Assembly: GCA_902805855.1 (NCBI GenBank)
Contig: CADCUJ010000078.1
Span: 8,500-72,499, forward strand
Length of the DNA: 64,000 nucleotides
Direction: 5' to 3'
Origin: an uncultured Nocardioidaceae bacterium
GTDB lineage: Bacteria > Actinomycetota > Actinomycetes > Propionibacteriales > Nocardioidaceae
Numbering within the stretch: the stretch's first letter is position 1; every line of letters starts with the position of its first letter. Both the position numbers and the translations under genes were made by a program. The notes below the pieces were generated by a model. The model made no database searches. It had not been told where the DNA came from and saw only the letters and a program-made list of their open reading frames with translations. Positions 18,633 through 28,929 of this stretch are shown here, piece after piece.

Positions 18633-20888
18633 ATGGAGGGACCCATCGTTTCGGCGGTAGAGACCGTCATCGACAACGGCAAGTTCGGGACCCGGACCGT
18701 GAAGTTCGAGACCGGGCTGCTGGCCCGCCAGGCAGCTGGTTCGGTCACCGCCTACCTGGACGACGAGACAATGCTCTTGTCGGCCACCACCGCCGGCAAG
18801 CATCCGAAGGACCACTTCGACTTCTTCCCGCTCACCATCGACGTCGAGGAGCGGATGTACGCCGCGGGCCGGATCCCGGGCTCGTTCTTCCGACGTGAGG
18901 GTCGTCCGTCCGAGGACGCCATCCTCACCTGCCGACTGATCGACCGGCCGCTGCGCCCGACCTTCCAGAAGGGGCTGCGCAACGAGGTCCAGGTGGTCAT
19001 CACCGTGATGGCGCTCGACCCGGACACTGCCTACGACGTGCTGGCGATCAACGCCGCATCGATGTCCACCCAGCTGTCAGGCCTGCCGTTCTCGGGTCCG
19101 GTCGGAGGGGTCCGGGTCGCGCTCATCGACGGGCAGTGGATCGCCTTCCCGACCCACAGCCAGCTCGCGGACGCGGTCTTCGACATGGTCGTCGCCGGTC
19201 GGGTGACCGAGTCCGGTGACGTGGCGATCATGATGGTCGAGGCCGAGTCGACCGAGCAGACCTGGGAGCTGGTCCGCTCGGGCAAGCAGGCCCCGACCGA
19301 GGAGGTCGTCGCCGGAGGCCTGGACGCGGCCAAGCCGTTCATCAAGCAGCTGTGTGACGCCCAGTCCGAGCTGGCGAAGCAGGCTGCCAAGCCGGTTGCG
19401 GAGTTCCCGGTGTTCCCCGAGTACGGCGACGACGTCTACGCCGCCGTGAGCAAGGCTGTCGAGCGCGACCTTGCCGACGCGCTGGTGATCAGCGGCAAGC
19501 AGGAGCGGGAGACCCGGCTCGACGAGATCAAGGCGGCGGTCGTCGACGAGCTCGCCGACGACTTCGAGGGCCGCGAGAAGGAGCTCAGTGCCGGCTACCG
19601 GGCGCTGACCAAGAAGCTGGTCCGGGAGCGGGTGCTCCGCGACAAGATCCGGATCGACGGACGAGGCCTGAGCGACATCCGGACGCTGTCGGCCGAGGTG
19701 GGTGTCCTCCCGCGGGTGCACGGGTCGGCGCTGTTCGAGCGCGGTGAGACCCAGATCCTCGGCGTCACCACGCTCAACATGCTCACCATGGAGCAGAAGC
19801 TCGACACGCTCTCCCCGGAGACGAGTCGCCGTTACCTGCATAACTACAACTTCCCGCCGTACTCCACCGGTGAGACCGGCCGCGTCGGCTCGCCGAAGCG
19901 ACGGGAGATCGGGCACGGCGCCCTGGCCGGTCGGGCGCTGATGCCGGTGCTGCCGACACGCGAGGAGTTCCCCTACGCCATCCGCCAGGTGTCCGAGGCG
20001 CTGAGCTCCAACGGCTCGACGTCGATGGGCTCGGTCTGCGCTTCGACGCTGTCGCTGCTGCAGGCTGGTGTCCCGCTGCGGGCGCCGGTGGCCGGCATCG
20101 CGATGGGGCTGATCTCCGGCGAGGTGGACGGTGAGACGCGGTACGTCGCCCTCACCGACATCTTGGGCGCAGAGGACGCCTTCGGCGACATGGACTTCAA
20201 GGTCGCCGGGACCCGGGAGTTCGTCACCGCCCTCCAGCTGGACACCAAGCTCGACGGCATCCCGGCGGAGGTGCTCGGCGGAGCCCTGACCCAGGCACGC
20301 GACGCGCGGCTGGCGATCCTCGACGTGATGGCCGAGGCGATCGACGGCCCTGAGGAGATGTCGCTGAACGCGCCGCGCATCATCACCATGCACGTCCCGG
20401 TCGACAAGATCGGCGAGGTGATCGGTCCCAAGGGCAAGGTGATCAACCAGATCCAGGACGACACCGGCGCGCAGATCACGATCGAGGACGACGGCACGAT
20501 CTACGTCGGTGCCACCAGCGGTGAGTCGGCCGAGGCAGCCAGAGCCGTCATCAACGGGATCGCCAACCCGACGATGCCCGAGGTCGGCGAGCGCTACCTC
20601 GGCACGGTGGTCAAGACGACGAACTTCGGTGCCTTCGTCTCCCTGCTGCCGGGCAAGGACGGCCTGCTGCACATCAGCAAGCTGCGCGCCCTGGCCGGCG
20701 GCAAGCGCGTGGAGGCGGTCGAGGACGTCGTCTCCGTGGGGCAGAAGGTGCAGGTCCAGATCGCCGAGATCGACGACCGCGGCAAGCTGTCGCTGGTGCC
20801 GGTCGTAGAGGACGACGCCGAGGAGGACGCCGACGGCGTCGCCGAGGGCGAAGCCTCCGGGCAGGACGGTCAGCCGGCGGCGAGCTGA
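18633..20888 (+). CDS. pnp: Polyribonucleotide nucleotidyltransferase (PNPase)
   Basis: Two RNase PH domains followed by KH ([13 protein letters not shown]) and S1 ([19 protein letters not shown]) domains, 751 aa. Confidence 0.97.
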   Translation: MEGPIVSAVETVIDNGKFGTRTVKFETGLLARQAAGSVTAYLDDETMLLSATTAGKHPKDHFDFFPLTIDVEERMYAAGRIPGSFFRREGRPSEDAILTCRLIDRPLRPTFQKGLRNEVQVVITVMALDPDTAYDVLAINAASMSTQLSGLPFSGPVGGVRVALIDGQWIAFPTHSQLADAVFDMVVAGRVTESGDVAIMMVEAESTEQTWELVRSGKQAPTEEVVAGGLDAAKPFIKQLCDAQSELAKQAAKPVAEFPVFPEYGDDVYAAVSKAVERDLADALVISGKQERETRLDEIKAAVVDELADDFEGREKELSAGYRALTKKLVRERVLRDKIRIDGRGLSDIRTLSAEVGVLPRVHGSALFERGETQILGVTTLNMLTMEQKLDTLSPETSRRYLHNYNFPPYSTGETGRVGSPKRREIGHGALAGRALMPVLPTREEFPYAIRQVSEALSSNGSTSMGSVCASTLSLLQAGVPLRAPVAGIAMGLISGEVDGETRYVALTDILGAEDAFGDMDFKVAGTREFVTALQLDTKLDGIPAEVLGGALTQARDARLAILDVMAEAIDGPEEMSLNAPRIITMHVPVDKIGEVIGPKGKVINQIQDDTGAQITIEDDGTIYVGATSGESAEAARAVINGIANPTMPEVGERYLGTVVKTTNFGAFVSLLPGKDGLLHISKLRALAGGKRVEAVEDVVSVGQKVQVQIAEIDDRGKLSLVPVVEDDAEEDADGVAEGEASGQDGQPAAS

Positions 20889-20895
20889 CCCCGGC

Positions 20896-22200
20896 TTGAG
20901 CACGCGCACCCTGCTGACCGAGCAGGACAGCGGCGGATCCGTGATCTCGCGGGTCCGCCGCACGGTTCTGCCGGGCGGGCTGCGGGTGATCACCGAGTCG
21001 ATGCCGGGCATCCGGTCGGCGAGCATCGGCGTCTGGGTCGGAGCCGGGTCCCGGGACGAGAGCCCCACCTTGTCGGGTGCCTCCCACTTCCTGGAGCACC
21101 TGCTGTTCAAGGGCACCGGCTCGCGGTCGGCGATGGACCTCTCGGTCGCGATGGACACCGTGGGTGGTGAGTTCAACGCCTTCACCGCCAAGGAGTACAC
21201 CTGCTTCCACGCCCGGGTGCTCGACGAGGACCTGTCCCTCGCCGTCGACGTCCTCGGTGACATGGTCACCTCATCGGTGGTCACCGGTGAGGACGTGGAG
21301 GCCGAGCGTGCGGTGATCCTCGACGAGATCGCCATGCACGACGACGACCCGGACGACGTCGTGCACAACCTGCACGCGGCGAAGGCCTGGGGCCGCTCCC
21401 CGCTCGGTCGCCCCATCGCGGGGACCGTCGACTCGATCCGCACCCTGAGCCGGCAGCAGGTGATGCGCTACTACCGGACCAGGTACCGCCCCGAGAACAT
21501 CGTCGTCGCGGTCGCCGGCAACCTCGAGCACGGCGCCGCCGTCGCCATGGTCCGCACTGCGTTCGGGCGTGCCGGGTTCCTCGCCGACCGTGCCGCACGC
21601 CCACGGCCGATGCGACCGGGTGACCGCTTCAAGAAGGGCGCGACCGGAGAGGTGTTCGCTGCCCGTCCCTTCGAGCAGGTCAACCTGGTGCTCGGCGTGA
21701 ACGCGCTGGCGCGCAACGACGAGCGTCGCTACACACTCGGGGTGCTGAACGCGACCCTCGGGGGTGGTACGTCGTCGAGGCTGTTCCAGGAGGTGCGCGA
21801 ACGGCGCGGGCTGGCCTACTCGGTCTACTCGTTCGTGTCGCAGTACTCCGATGCGGGTGTGCTCGGCGTGGCCGCGGGCTGCCTGCCTGGCAAGACCGAC
21901 GCTCTGCTGCGGGTGGTACGCGCAGAGCTGCGCTCGCTTGCCGACGAAGGTCTGACCGGCGACGAGCTGGAGCGCGGCAAGGGTCAGCTTCGAAGAGGGC
22001 TCGTGCTCGGGCTGGAGGACTCCACGTCCCGGATGACGAGGATCGCCAAGGCCGAGCTGCTCTACGACGAGCTCCCGAGCATCGACGAGGTGATCCGGCG
22101 GGTCGACGCGGTGACGCTCGAAGACGTGCGGCTGCTCGCGAAGCAGCTGTTCAGCCAGCGGGAGACGCTGGCAGTCGTCGGCCCGTCCGGCACCCGGTGA
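20896..22200 (+). CDS. M16 family zinc peptidase (insulinase/PepR-like)
   Basis: HFLEHLLFKG (HxxEH zinc motif). Conserved position after pnp. Confidence 0.88.
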   Translation: MSTRTLLTEQDSGGSVISRVRRTVLPGGLRVITESMPGIRSASIGVWVGAGSRDESPTLSGASHFLEHLLFKGTGSRSAMDLSVAMDTVGGEFNAFTAKEYTCFHARVLDEDLSLAVDVLGDMVTSSVVTGEDVEAERAVILDEIAMHDDDPDDVVHNLHAAKAWGRSPLGRPIAGTVDSIRTLSRQQVMRYYRTRYRPENIVVAVAGNLEHGAAVAMVRTAFGRAGFLADRAARPRPMRPGDRFKKGATGEVFAARPFEQVNLVLGVNALARNDERRYTLGVLNATLGGGTSSRLFQEVRERRGLAYSVYSFVSQYSDAGVLGVAAGCLPGKTDALLRVVRAELRSLADEGLTGDELERGKGQLRRGLVLGLEDSTSRMTRIAKAELLYDELPSIDEVIRRVDAVTLEDVRLLAKQLFSQRETLAVVGPSGTR

Positions 22201-22904
22201 TGCGTGCAGGGCGCGTGCTGCTGCCTCCGGGCCAGCGCCGGATCACCGGCTTCCCCCGCTTCGGCATCGGCGGCCGGCCACCCGTGACCGCTCCGGAGCC
22301 GGCGATCGAGATCACCGGCGCGGGCATGGAGACGTTCGAGCTGCCGCTCTCGGCCCTAGCAGACCTGCCTCGCCGGCAGGTGAAGGCCGACTTCCACTGC
22401 GTGGCGGGCTGGACGGCGACCGGCCTGCGATGGGAGGGCGTGGCTTTCGCCGACCTCTTCGATCTGGTCATCGAGCCGAGGCTGCCTGCCGGCGTCACGA
22501 TCACCCATGTCGCCTTCGGCGGGCTCGACGGCTTCCGGTCGATCGACACGGTCGAGGACGCCCTCCAACCCGACGTGCTCGTCGCCGAGCATCTCGACGA
22601 CGTGCCCCTGGACGGCGACCACGGCGCCCCCGTCCGCTTGCTGAGCCCGCAGCAGTACGGCTTCGTCAGCACCAAGCATCTGTGCCGCATCGAGCTGCAC
22701 ACCACCCGGCCGCGGGAGCGGTACCACCCCAAGCGGCGGATCCAGGCCGGCCTGCAGCTGGTCAAGCCGCACCCGCGCGCACGCGTGCGGTTCGAGGAGC
22801 GACACCGTTATCTCCCGGGCAGGGCAGTGCGCCCGCTCTACCATCTCCTGATCCCGCTCTTCCGGCGCATCAACGCCCGAAGCGCCGGACGGGCGGGCCG
22901 ATGA
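22197..22904 (+). CDS. Molybdopterin-binding oxidoreductase domain protein (sulfite-oxidase/MsrP-like fold)
   Basis: ADFHCVAGWTATGLRWEGV and GDHGAPVRLLSPQQYGFVSTKHLCRIEL motifs. The start overlaps the M16 stop (GTGATG). Confidence 0.7.
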   Translation: MMRAGRVLLPPGQRRITGFPRFGIGGRPPVTAPEPAIEITGAGMETFELPLSALADLPRRQVKADFHCVAGWTATGLRWEGVAFADLFDLVIEPRLPAGVTITHVAFGGLDGFRSIDTVEDALQPDVLVAEHLDDVPLDGDHGAPVRLLSPQQYGFVSTKHLCRIELHTTRPRERYHPKRRIQAGLQLVKPHPRARVRFEERHRYLPGRAVRPLYHLLIPLFRRINARSAGRAGR

Positions 22905-22909
22905 CCTAG

Positions 22910-23674
<765 letters not shown>

Positions 23675-23688
23675 ACACGGCGAGGGCG

Positions 23689-24255
23689 CTAGTCCTCGCC
23701 GAGGTCGGTGTGCAGGCGCACCTGTTTGACGGTCACCGCCCCGTCGCCGTGCATGTCGAGCTCACGATGCGCTCCGTCGGGTGCCCAACCCGCAGCGGTG
23801 ACGAAGGCCCGCAGCGTGTCGTCGGTGCTGTTGAGCCACCACACCGCACGGGTGAACCTGTCGGCGCGCAACGTGTCGGCACATGCCTGGAGCAGCCGTG
23901 ACCCGTGACCGAGCCGGGTCTGGTCGGGGTCGATGGTGAACTCCGAGATCTCCCCTTCGGCTACCGGGTCCACGTCGGGGTCCGAGGCGGGCGCGGTGAT
24001 CGCGAACCCACATACCCGGTTCCGCTCAAGGGCTACCAGCACCCGGTTGCGGGCGTCCTTGGGCCGCTCCAGCGACTGCGCCCAGGCGGCGGCGAAGTCG
24101 CTCGGGTCGAGCCGTTCGAGCACGTCGGTCGGCAGCAGCCGGCGGTACGCCTGGCGCCAGGCGCGGACCTGGACGCCGGCGATCTGCTCGGCGTCCTCGG
24201 TCCAGGCGATCCGCACCGAGACGTCGGCGGAGGGGCGGCGGGCTGCGGAGGTCAC
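23689..24255 (-). CDS. GNAT family N-acetyltransferase
   Basis: RVLVALERNRVCGFAIT..HGSRLLQAC GNAT core. GTG start at 24255. Confidence 0.75.
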   Translation of the reverse strand: MTSAARRPSADVSVRIAWTEDAEQIAGVQVRAWRQAYRRLLPTDVLERLDPSDFAAAWAQSLERPKDARNRVLVALERNRVCGFAITAPASDPDVDPVAEGEISEFTIDPDQTRLGHGSRLLQACADTLRADRFTRAVWWLNSTDDTLRAFVTAAGWAPDGAHRELDMHGDGAVTVKQVRLHTDLGED

Positions 24256-24281
24256 CCACCCATTCTGGCAACCCCCCTTTC

Positions 24282-24344
24282 GTTGAGATGGGGCCCGTGC
24301 CGGTTGAGATGGTGCCCGTGCCGGTTGAGGTGGGGCCCGCGCCG
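24282..24344. repeat. 21-bp tandem repeat, 3 copies (gttgagatggggcccgtgccg-type), reverse-complement relative of the 7762-7845 array
   Basis: Read directly. The units are at 24282-24302, 24303-24323 and 24324-24344. The flank CCCTTTCGTTGAGATGG is shared with the first array. Confidence 0.9.
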
Positions 24345-24346
24345 GT

Positions 24347-24391
24347 GTGTGTTACACGAGACCGACCTACGTGCACAACTGTGTAACAAAC
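24347..24391. promoter_or_regulatory. Inverted repeat GTGTGTTACAC-N23-GTGTAACAAAC upstream of paaA (candidate operator), followed by a TAGGCT -10-like hexamer
   Basis: The arms are at 24347-24357 and 24381-24391 (10/11 complementary). TAGGCT at 24398-24403 lies 6 nt before the paaA ATG, which suggests a leaderless mRNA. Confidence 0.4.
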
Positions 24392-24409
24392 GGCTGGTAG
24401 GCTCGGTGC

Positions 24410-25384
24410 ATGGACGAGCAAGACGAGCAGCGCGAGCTGGCGCGCTTCCAGTCGATCATCGACGATGACGGACGGATCGAGCCGCGTGACGTGATGCCGG
24501 AGGGGTACCGCAAGACCCTGATCCGGCAGATGGCCCAGCACGCGCACTCCGAGATCATCGGCATGCAGCCCGAAGGTAACTGGATCAGTCGCGCGCCGAG
24601 CCTGCGGCGCAAGGCGATCTTGATGGCGAAGGTGCAGGACGAGGCCGGTCACGGCCTGTACCTCTACGCCGCTGCGGAGACCCTCGGCGCCGACCGCGGC
24701 GAGCTGTTGGACCTGCTGCACACCGGTCGGCAGAAGTACTCATCGATCTTCAACTATCCGACCCTGACGTGGGCCGACATGGGCGCCATCGGCTGGCTGG
24801 TCGACGGCGCCGCGATCGTGAACCAGGTCCCGCTGTGCCGCTGCTCCTACGGTCCTTACGCGCGGGCGATGGTCCGGGTGTGCAAGGAGGAGTCCTTCCA
24901 CCAACGACAGGGGTTCGAGATCCTGCACACCCTTTCGCACGGCACCGAGGCACAGCATGCGATGGCGCAGGACGCGGTCGACCGGTGGTGGTGGCCGAGC
25001 CTGATGATGTTCGGTCCCCGCGACACCGGAGCGGACGCCGCGCCGGGCGGACACACCGAGCAGTCGATGGCCTGGGGGATCAAGCGGTTCTCCAACGACG
25101 AGCTGCGGCAGCGGTTCGTCGACATGACGGTGCCGCAGGCCGAGGCGCTGGGACTCACCCTGCCCGACCCGGACTTGCGGTGGAACGAGCAGCGCGGCTC
25201 CTACGACTTCGGGGAGATCGACTTCGCCGAGCTCTTCGAGGTGATCAAGGGCAACGGCCCGTGCAACCGGCAGCGGCTGGAGCACCGGGTACGTGCCCAC
25301 CAGGACGGGGCCTGGGTGCGTGAGGCGGCCGACGCGTACGCGGCCAAGCGCGCCGCGGACCGTACGGCGCAGGGTGCGGCGTAG
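24410..25384 (+). CDS. paaA: 1,2-phenylacetyl-CoA epoxidase subunit A
   Basis: Ferritin-like di-iron motifs ([17 protein letters not shown]). The length and the operon paaABCDE fit. Confidence 0.92.
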   Translation: MDEQDEQRELARFQSIIDDDGRIEPRDVMPEGYRKTLIRQMAQHAHSEIIGMQPEGNWISRAPSLRRKAILMAKVQDEAGHGLYLYAAAETLGADRGELLDLLHTGRQKYSSIFNYPTLTWADMGAIGWLVDGAAIVNQVPLCRCSYGPYARAMVRVCKEESFHQRQGFEILHTLSHGTEAQHAMAQDAVDRWWWPSLMMFGPRDTGADAAPGGHTEQSMAWGIKRFSNDELRQRFVDMTVPQAEALGLTLPDPDLRWNEQRGSYDFGEIDFAELFEVIKGNGPCNRQRLEHRVRAHQDGAWVREAADAYAAKRAADRTAQGAA

Positions 25385-25794
25385 TGACCAGCCCAACCGA
25401 CTCGGCCGGCGGAGAGCGGCCGACCGACCTGCACTCCGGAGGGGGCCACGGGGCGGTACCCGTGAGCGGTGTCCCCGCTCGTCCCACGACCGGCCCGACG
25501 AGCCCCGCCAGCCGGCGCGACTGGCCGCTGTGGGAGGTGTTCGTCCGGGCCAGGCGCGGACTCTCGCACTCGCATGTGGGCTCGCTGCACGCACCCGACG
25601 CCGAGATGGCTCTGCGCAACGCTCGCGACCTCTACACCCGGCGCCAGGAAGGCGTCTCGCTGTGGGTGGTTCCGGCCGCGTCCATCACGGCATCCAGCCC
25701 CGACGAGAAGGACGCGTTCTTCGACCCGGCGGCGGACAAGATCTACCGACACCCGACCTTCTACGACGTACCCGAGGGAGTGGACCACCTGTGA
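25384..25794 (+). CDS. paaB: 1,2-phenylacetyl-CoA epoxidase subunit B, with an N-terminal extension of about 45 aa
   Basis: WPLWEVFVR..HVGSLHAPDAEMALRNARDLYTRR..YRHPTFY core. The GTG start overlaps the paaA TAG by 1 nt. Confidence 0.85.
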   Translation: MTSPTDSAGGERPTDLHSGGGHGAVPVSGVPARPTTGPTSPASRRDWPLWEVFVRARRGLSHSHVGSLHAPDAEMALRNARDLYTRRQEGVSLWVVPAASITASSPDEKDAFFDPAADKIYRHPTFYDVPEGVDHL

Positions 25795-26609
25795 GCGGCG
25801 CCTCCGCGAAGCTCTCCGACGCGAGCAGGAGTGCGGCAGCACCTTCGGAGCCGGACACCTCGGCGCTGTTCGGCTACGTCGTGGCGCTCGCCGACGACGC
25901 GCTGATCTCCGCGCAGCGGATGGGGGAGTGGATCGCCGCATCGCCACAGCTCGAGGAGGACGTGGCGATGGGCAACATCGCCCTCGACCAGCTCGGTCAG
26001 GCGCGCGCCCTCCTGACCTATGCCGGCGAAGTCGAAGGTGCAGGGCGCGACGAGGACGCGCTCGCGTACTTCCGCGACGAGCGGGACTTCCGCAACGTGC
26101 ACCTCGTCGAGCGCGACCAGCGCTCGGACTTCGGCGTCAGCATGGCCAGGCTGCTGTTCCTCTCGGTCTACCAGCACGAGCTGTACTCACGGCTGCAGCA
26201 CAGCACCGACGAGACGCTCGCCGCGGTCGCCGCCAAGGCGGTGAAGGAGGTCGACTACCACCGCGACCACGCCATGATGTGGGTGCTCCGGCTTGGTGAC
26301 GGGACGCAGGAGTCGCATCGGCGGATGCAGTCCGGGCTCGAGGCCGAATGGCCGTTCACCGAGGAGCTGTTCGACGACACTCACGTGGACGCCGTGCTGG
26401 TGGAGGCGGGCGTAGCCGTCGATCCCGGGGCACTGCGGGACCCGTGGCACAAGCGGGTCGCCGAGGTGCTTGCGCAGGCAACACTGGCCTTGCCCGAGGT
26501 ACCACCCGCGGTCACCGGCGGACGACGGGGGATCCACAGCGAGCAGATGGGCTACCTGCTCGCGGAGATGCAGCACCTGGCGCGCAGCCACCCGGGTGCG
26601 ACATGGTGA
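25791..26609 (+). CDS. paaC: 1,2-phenylacetyl-CoA epoxidase subunit C
   Basis: LADDALISAQRMGEWIAASPQLEEDVAMGNIALDQLGQAR motif. The GTG at 25791 overlaps the paaB stop (GTGA). Confidence 0.88.
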   Translation: MSGASAKLSDASRSAAAPSEPDTSALFGYVVALADDALISAQRMGEWIAASPQLEEDVAMGNIALDQLGQARALLTYAGEVEGAGRDEDALAYFRDERDFRNVHLVERDQRSDFGVSMARLLFLSVYQHELYSRLQHSTDETLAAVAAKAVKEVDYHRDHAMMWVLRLGDGTQESHRRMQSGLEAEWPFTEELFDDTHVDAVLVEAGVAVDPGALRDPWHKRVAEVLAQATLALPEVPPAVTGGRRGIHSEQMGYLLAEMQHLARSHPGATW

Positions 26610-27085
26610 GCGCCACCACCACCCGCGCGTGGCAGATCGCGGCCGCCGTGCCGGACCCGGAGATCCCGGTGCTGACCATCGCGGACCTCGGCATCCTGCG
26701 CGAGGTGCGTGAGGTGGACGGGCGGGTGCACGTCACCATCACCCCGACGTACTCGGGCTGCCCCGCCATGGAAGCGATCCGCAGCGACATCGTCTCCGCC
26801 CTCGGCAAGCAGGGGTACGACGACGTGGCCGTCGACTTCGTGCTGAGCCCGGCCTGGACGACGGACTGGATGAGCGACGAGGGCAGGCGCAAGCTCCAGG
26901 AGTACGGCGTCGCTCCTCCCCGACAGCGAGCCGAGGGCGCGGTTCCCTTGACGTTGAGTGTGCGGTGCACGTTGTGCGGCTCCCCGAACACCCGCGAGCT
27001 GAGCCGGTTCGGCTCGACCGCCTGCAAGTCGCTGTGGGCGTGCAACGACTGTCGCGAGCCCTTCGACCACTTCAAGGCGATCTGA
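26603..27085 (+). CDS. paaD: Phenylacetate-CoA oxygenase subunit PaaD (PaaJ)
   Basis: VPDPEIPVLTIADLGILREV, TYSGCPAM, and a C-terminal Cys cluster CTLCGS..CNDC. The ATG overlaps the paaC stop. Confidence 0.88.
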   Translation: MVSATTTRAWQIAAAVPDPEIPVLTIADLGILREVREVDGRVHVTITPTYSGCPAMEAIRSDIVSALGKQGYDDVAVDFVLSPAWTTDWMSDEGRRKLQEYGVAPPRQRAEGAVPLTLSVRCTLCGSPNTRELSRFGSTACKSLWACNDCREPFDHFKAI

Positions 27086-28228
27086 GTGTCGGCGTCCCAG
27101 CAGACGGCGCCATCGACGGCCCCTGTGACGGCCCAGGAGGACGCCCAGCGCCCACACCACTCGGTCTTCCACCCGCTGCCGATCGGTGACATCGAGCCGT
27201 TGACCGAGGACTCGATCGCGGTCACCTTCGACGTCCCCGAGGAGCTGCGCGAGGACTACCGGTTCCTCCAGGGCCAGCACGTCACCATCCGCACCGAGCT
27301 GGCCGGCGACGACGTGCGCCGCAACTACTCGATCTGCTCGCCGGTGTCCTCACAGCGCCTGCGTATCGCGGTCAAGCGGCTGCCAGGAGGAGCGTTCTCC
27401 GAGCACGCGCTCGGGAATTTGCGTGTCGGCGACGTGCTCGACGTGATGACGCCGAGCGGCCGGTTCTTCACCCAGCTGGATCCGGCGAACGCCAACCACT
27501 ACGTGTGCATCGCGGCCGGGTCGGGCATCACTCCGATGCTGTCGATCGCCACCACCACACTGGAGACGGAACCTGACTCCCGGGTCACCCTGGTCTACGC
27601 CAACCGCACATCGAAGACGGTGATGTTCCTCGAGGAGGTCGAGGACCTCAAGGACCGCTACCGCGACAGGTTCCACCTGATCCACGTGCTCTCCCGCGAG
27701 CCGCAGGAGGTCGAGCTGTTCTCCGGTCGGCTGGACTCGGCCCGGATGAGCCGGATGCTGGACACGATCCTGCCGGTCGACAGCGTCGACCACTGGTTCC
27801 TGTGCGGGCCCTTCGAGATGGTCACCTCGCTGCGCGCGCTGCTGGTCGCCGAAGGCGTGGAGAAGAGGGCGATCCATGCCGAGATCTTCCACATCGAGTC
27901 AGCCCCGCCGCGGCGCCGCACCGTCACCGCCGCAGAGGCCGAGCAGACCGGTGCCGAGGTGACCATCACCCTCGACGGCCGCAGGTCGCAGTTCACGCTG
28001 AGCCCGGACGGCCCGCCGGTGCTGGAGGCGGCTCTGGCGGTGCGCTCGGACGCGCCGTTCGCCTGCAAGGGCGGGGTCTGCGGCACCTGCCGCGCCAGGG
28101 TGATCGAGGGCTCTGTCGAGATGGACACCAACTGGGCGCTGGAGCCGGACGAGGTCGAGCGAGGTTACGTGCTCACCTGCCAGTCACACCCGACCTCCGA
28201 GCGGGTCAGCCTCGACTACGACGCCTGA
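27086..28228 (+). CDS. paaE: Phenylacetate-CoA oxygenase reductase subunit (FAD/NAD plus 2Fe-2S)
   Basis: RNYSICS FAD motif, GSGITPMLS NAD motif, C-terminal CKGGVCGTCRARV..LTCQS ferredoxin cluster. Confidence 0.92.
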   Translation: MSASQQTAPSTAPVTAQEDAQRPHHSVFHPLPIGDIEPLTEDSIAVTFDVPEELREDYRFLQGQHVTIRTELAGDDVRRNYSICSPVSSQRLRIAVKRLPGGAFSEHALGNLRVGDVLDVMTPSGRFFTQLDPANANHYVCIAAGSGITPMLSIATTTLETEPDSRVTLVYANRTSKTVMFLEEVEDLKDRYRDRFHLIHVLSREPQEVELFSGRLDSARMSRMLDTILPVDSVDHWFLCGPFEMVTSLRALLVAEGVEKRAIHAEIFHIESAPPRRRTVTAAEAEQTGAEVTITLDGRRSQFTLSPDGPPVLEAALAVRSDAPFACKGGVCGTCRARVIEGSVEMDTNWALEPDEVERGYVLTCQSHPTSERVSLDYDA

Positions 28229-28316
28229 TCGGCCGGGCGTAGACGTGGAGTCATCGAGCGTTTAGGTTGGAGCCACAGCAGTGACCCGCCGGGTCGCCTG
28301 CACAGCCAGGTGCGGT

Positions 28317-28510
28317 AACGCCGAGTCTCGCCCGCCGCGCCCGGTCCACGACCACAACTACTCGGGCAGGAGTGGGGGGCCCACGTTTCTCGCGGTGGCG
28401 AACCGTCCACGGACGGTCCGTGACCGCTCGGGGTGAAGTCCCGCGGCCGGCATCGGCCACGTGACGGAGCACCTTTCAGCTCTAACCCGACAGCTCACCT
28501 CACAGGCGTG
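28317..28510 (+). promoter_or_regulatory. Cyclic-di-AMP riboswitch (ydaO/yuaA class) in the leader of the Rpf-like gene
   Basis: The conserved blocks appear in the correct order: ACGCCGAGUC, GGAGUGGGGGGCCCAC, CGGGGUGAAGUCC, ACCCGACAGCUCACCUCACAGGCGU. P1 can form between ACGCC (about 28319) and GGCGU (about 28505). The element ends 16 nt before the ATG. Confidence 0.8.
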
Positions 28511-28525
28511 GAAAGGGACTTCGCC

Positions 28526-28894
28526 ATGCCTGTGATCCTCCACCTCCGCCGGCTGCTGCCCGGCACCCTTCTCGCCATCGCCCTGGTCGCCGCGTCGGTA
28601 CCGCCGGCGCAAGCCCACTACGGCCCGACCCGCTGGGACTGCCTGGCCCACTACGAGTCGACGCACCGCTGGCACGTGAACACCGGCAACGGACACTACG
28701 GCGGCCTGCAGTTCTCGCTCTCAACGTGGCGGTACTTCGGCGGGCCGAACTACTCAGGGAACACCTACCCGCACAAGGCCACCAAGGCCGAGCAGATCGT
28801 GATCGCCAAGCGGACGGCGTTCACCGGCTGGGGGAGTCGTGGTGCCCAAGGTGGCAGTTCGGCCTGGCCGAACACCTGGCCCAAGTGCCACTGA
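28526..28894 (+). CDS. Secreted Rpf-like transglycosylase domain protein
   Basis: Signal peptide MPVILHLRRLLPGTLLAIALVAASVPPAQA, then WDCLAHYESTHRWHVNTGNGHYGGLQFSLSTWRYFGG, which matches the Rpf/transglycosylase-like domain pattern (W..CES..W..NTGNGYYGGLQFS..TW). Confidence 0.85.
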   Translation: MPVILHLRRLLPGTLLAIALVAASVPPAQAHYGPTRWDCLAHYESTHRWHVNTGNGHYGGLQFSLSTWRYFGGPNYSGNTYPHKATKAEQIVIAKRTAFTGWGSRGAQGGSSAWPNTWPKCH

Positions 28895-28929
28895 CCTGAG
28901 CAGGCGCGACGCGACCGGCACCGAGCCGG

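Noticed and set aside
25293-26609. The 438-aa ORF as an extended PaaC, and similarly 26348-27085 as a 245-aa PaaD.
   Set aside because: The upstream parts overlap paaA/paaB (or paaC) in another frame and are Arg-rich shadows. The GTG at 25791 and the ATG at 26603 give normal-length subunits with stop/start overlaps.
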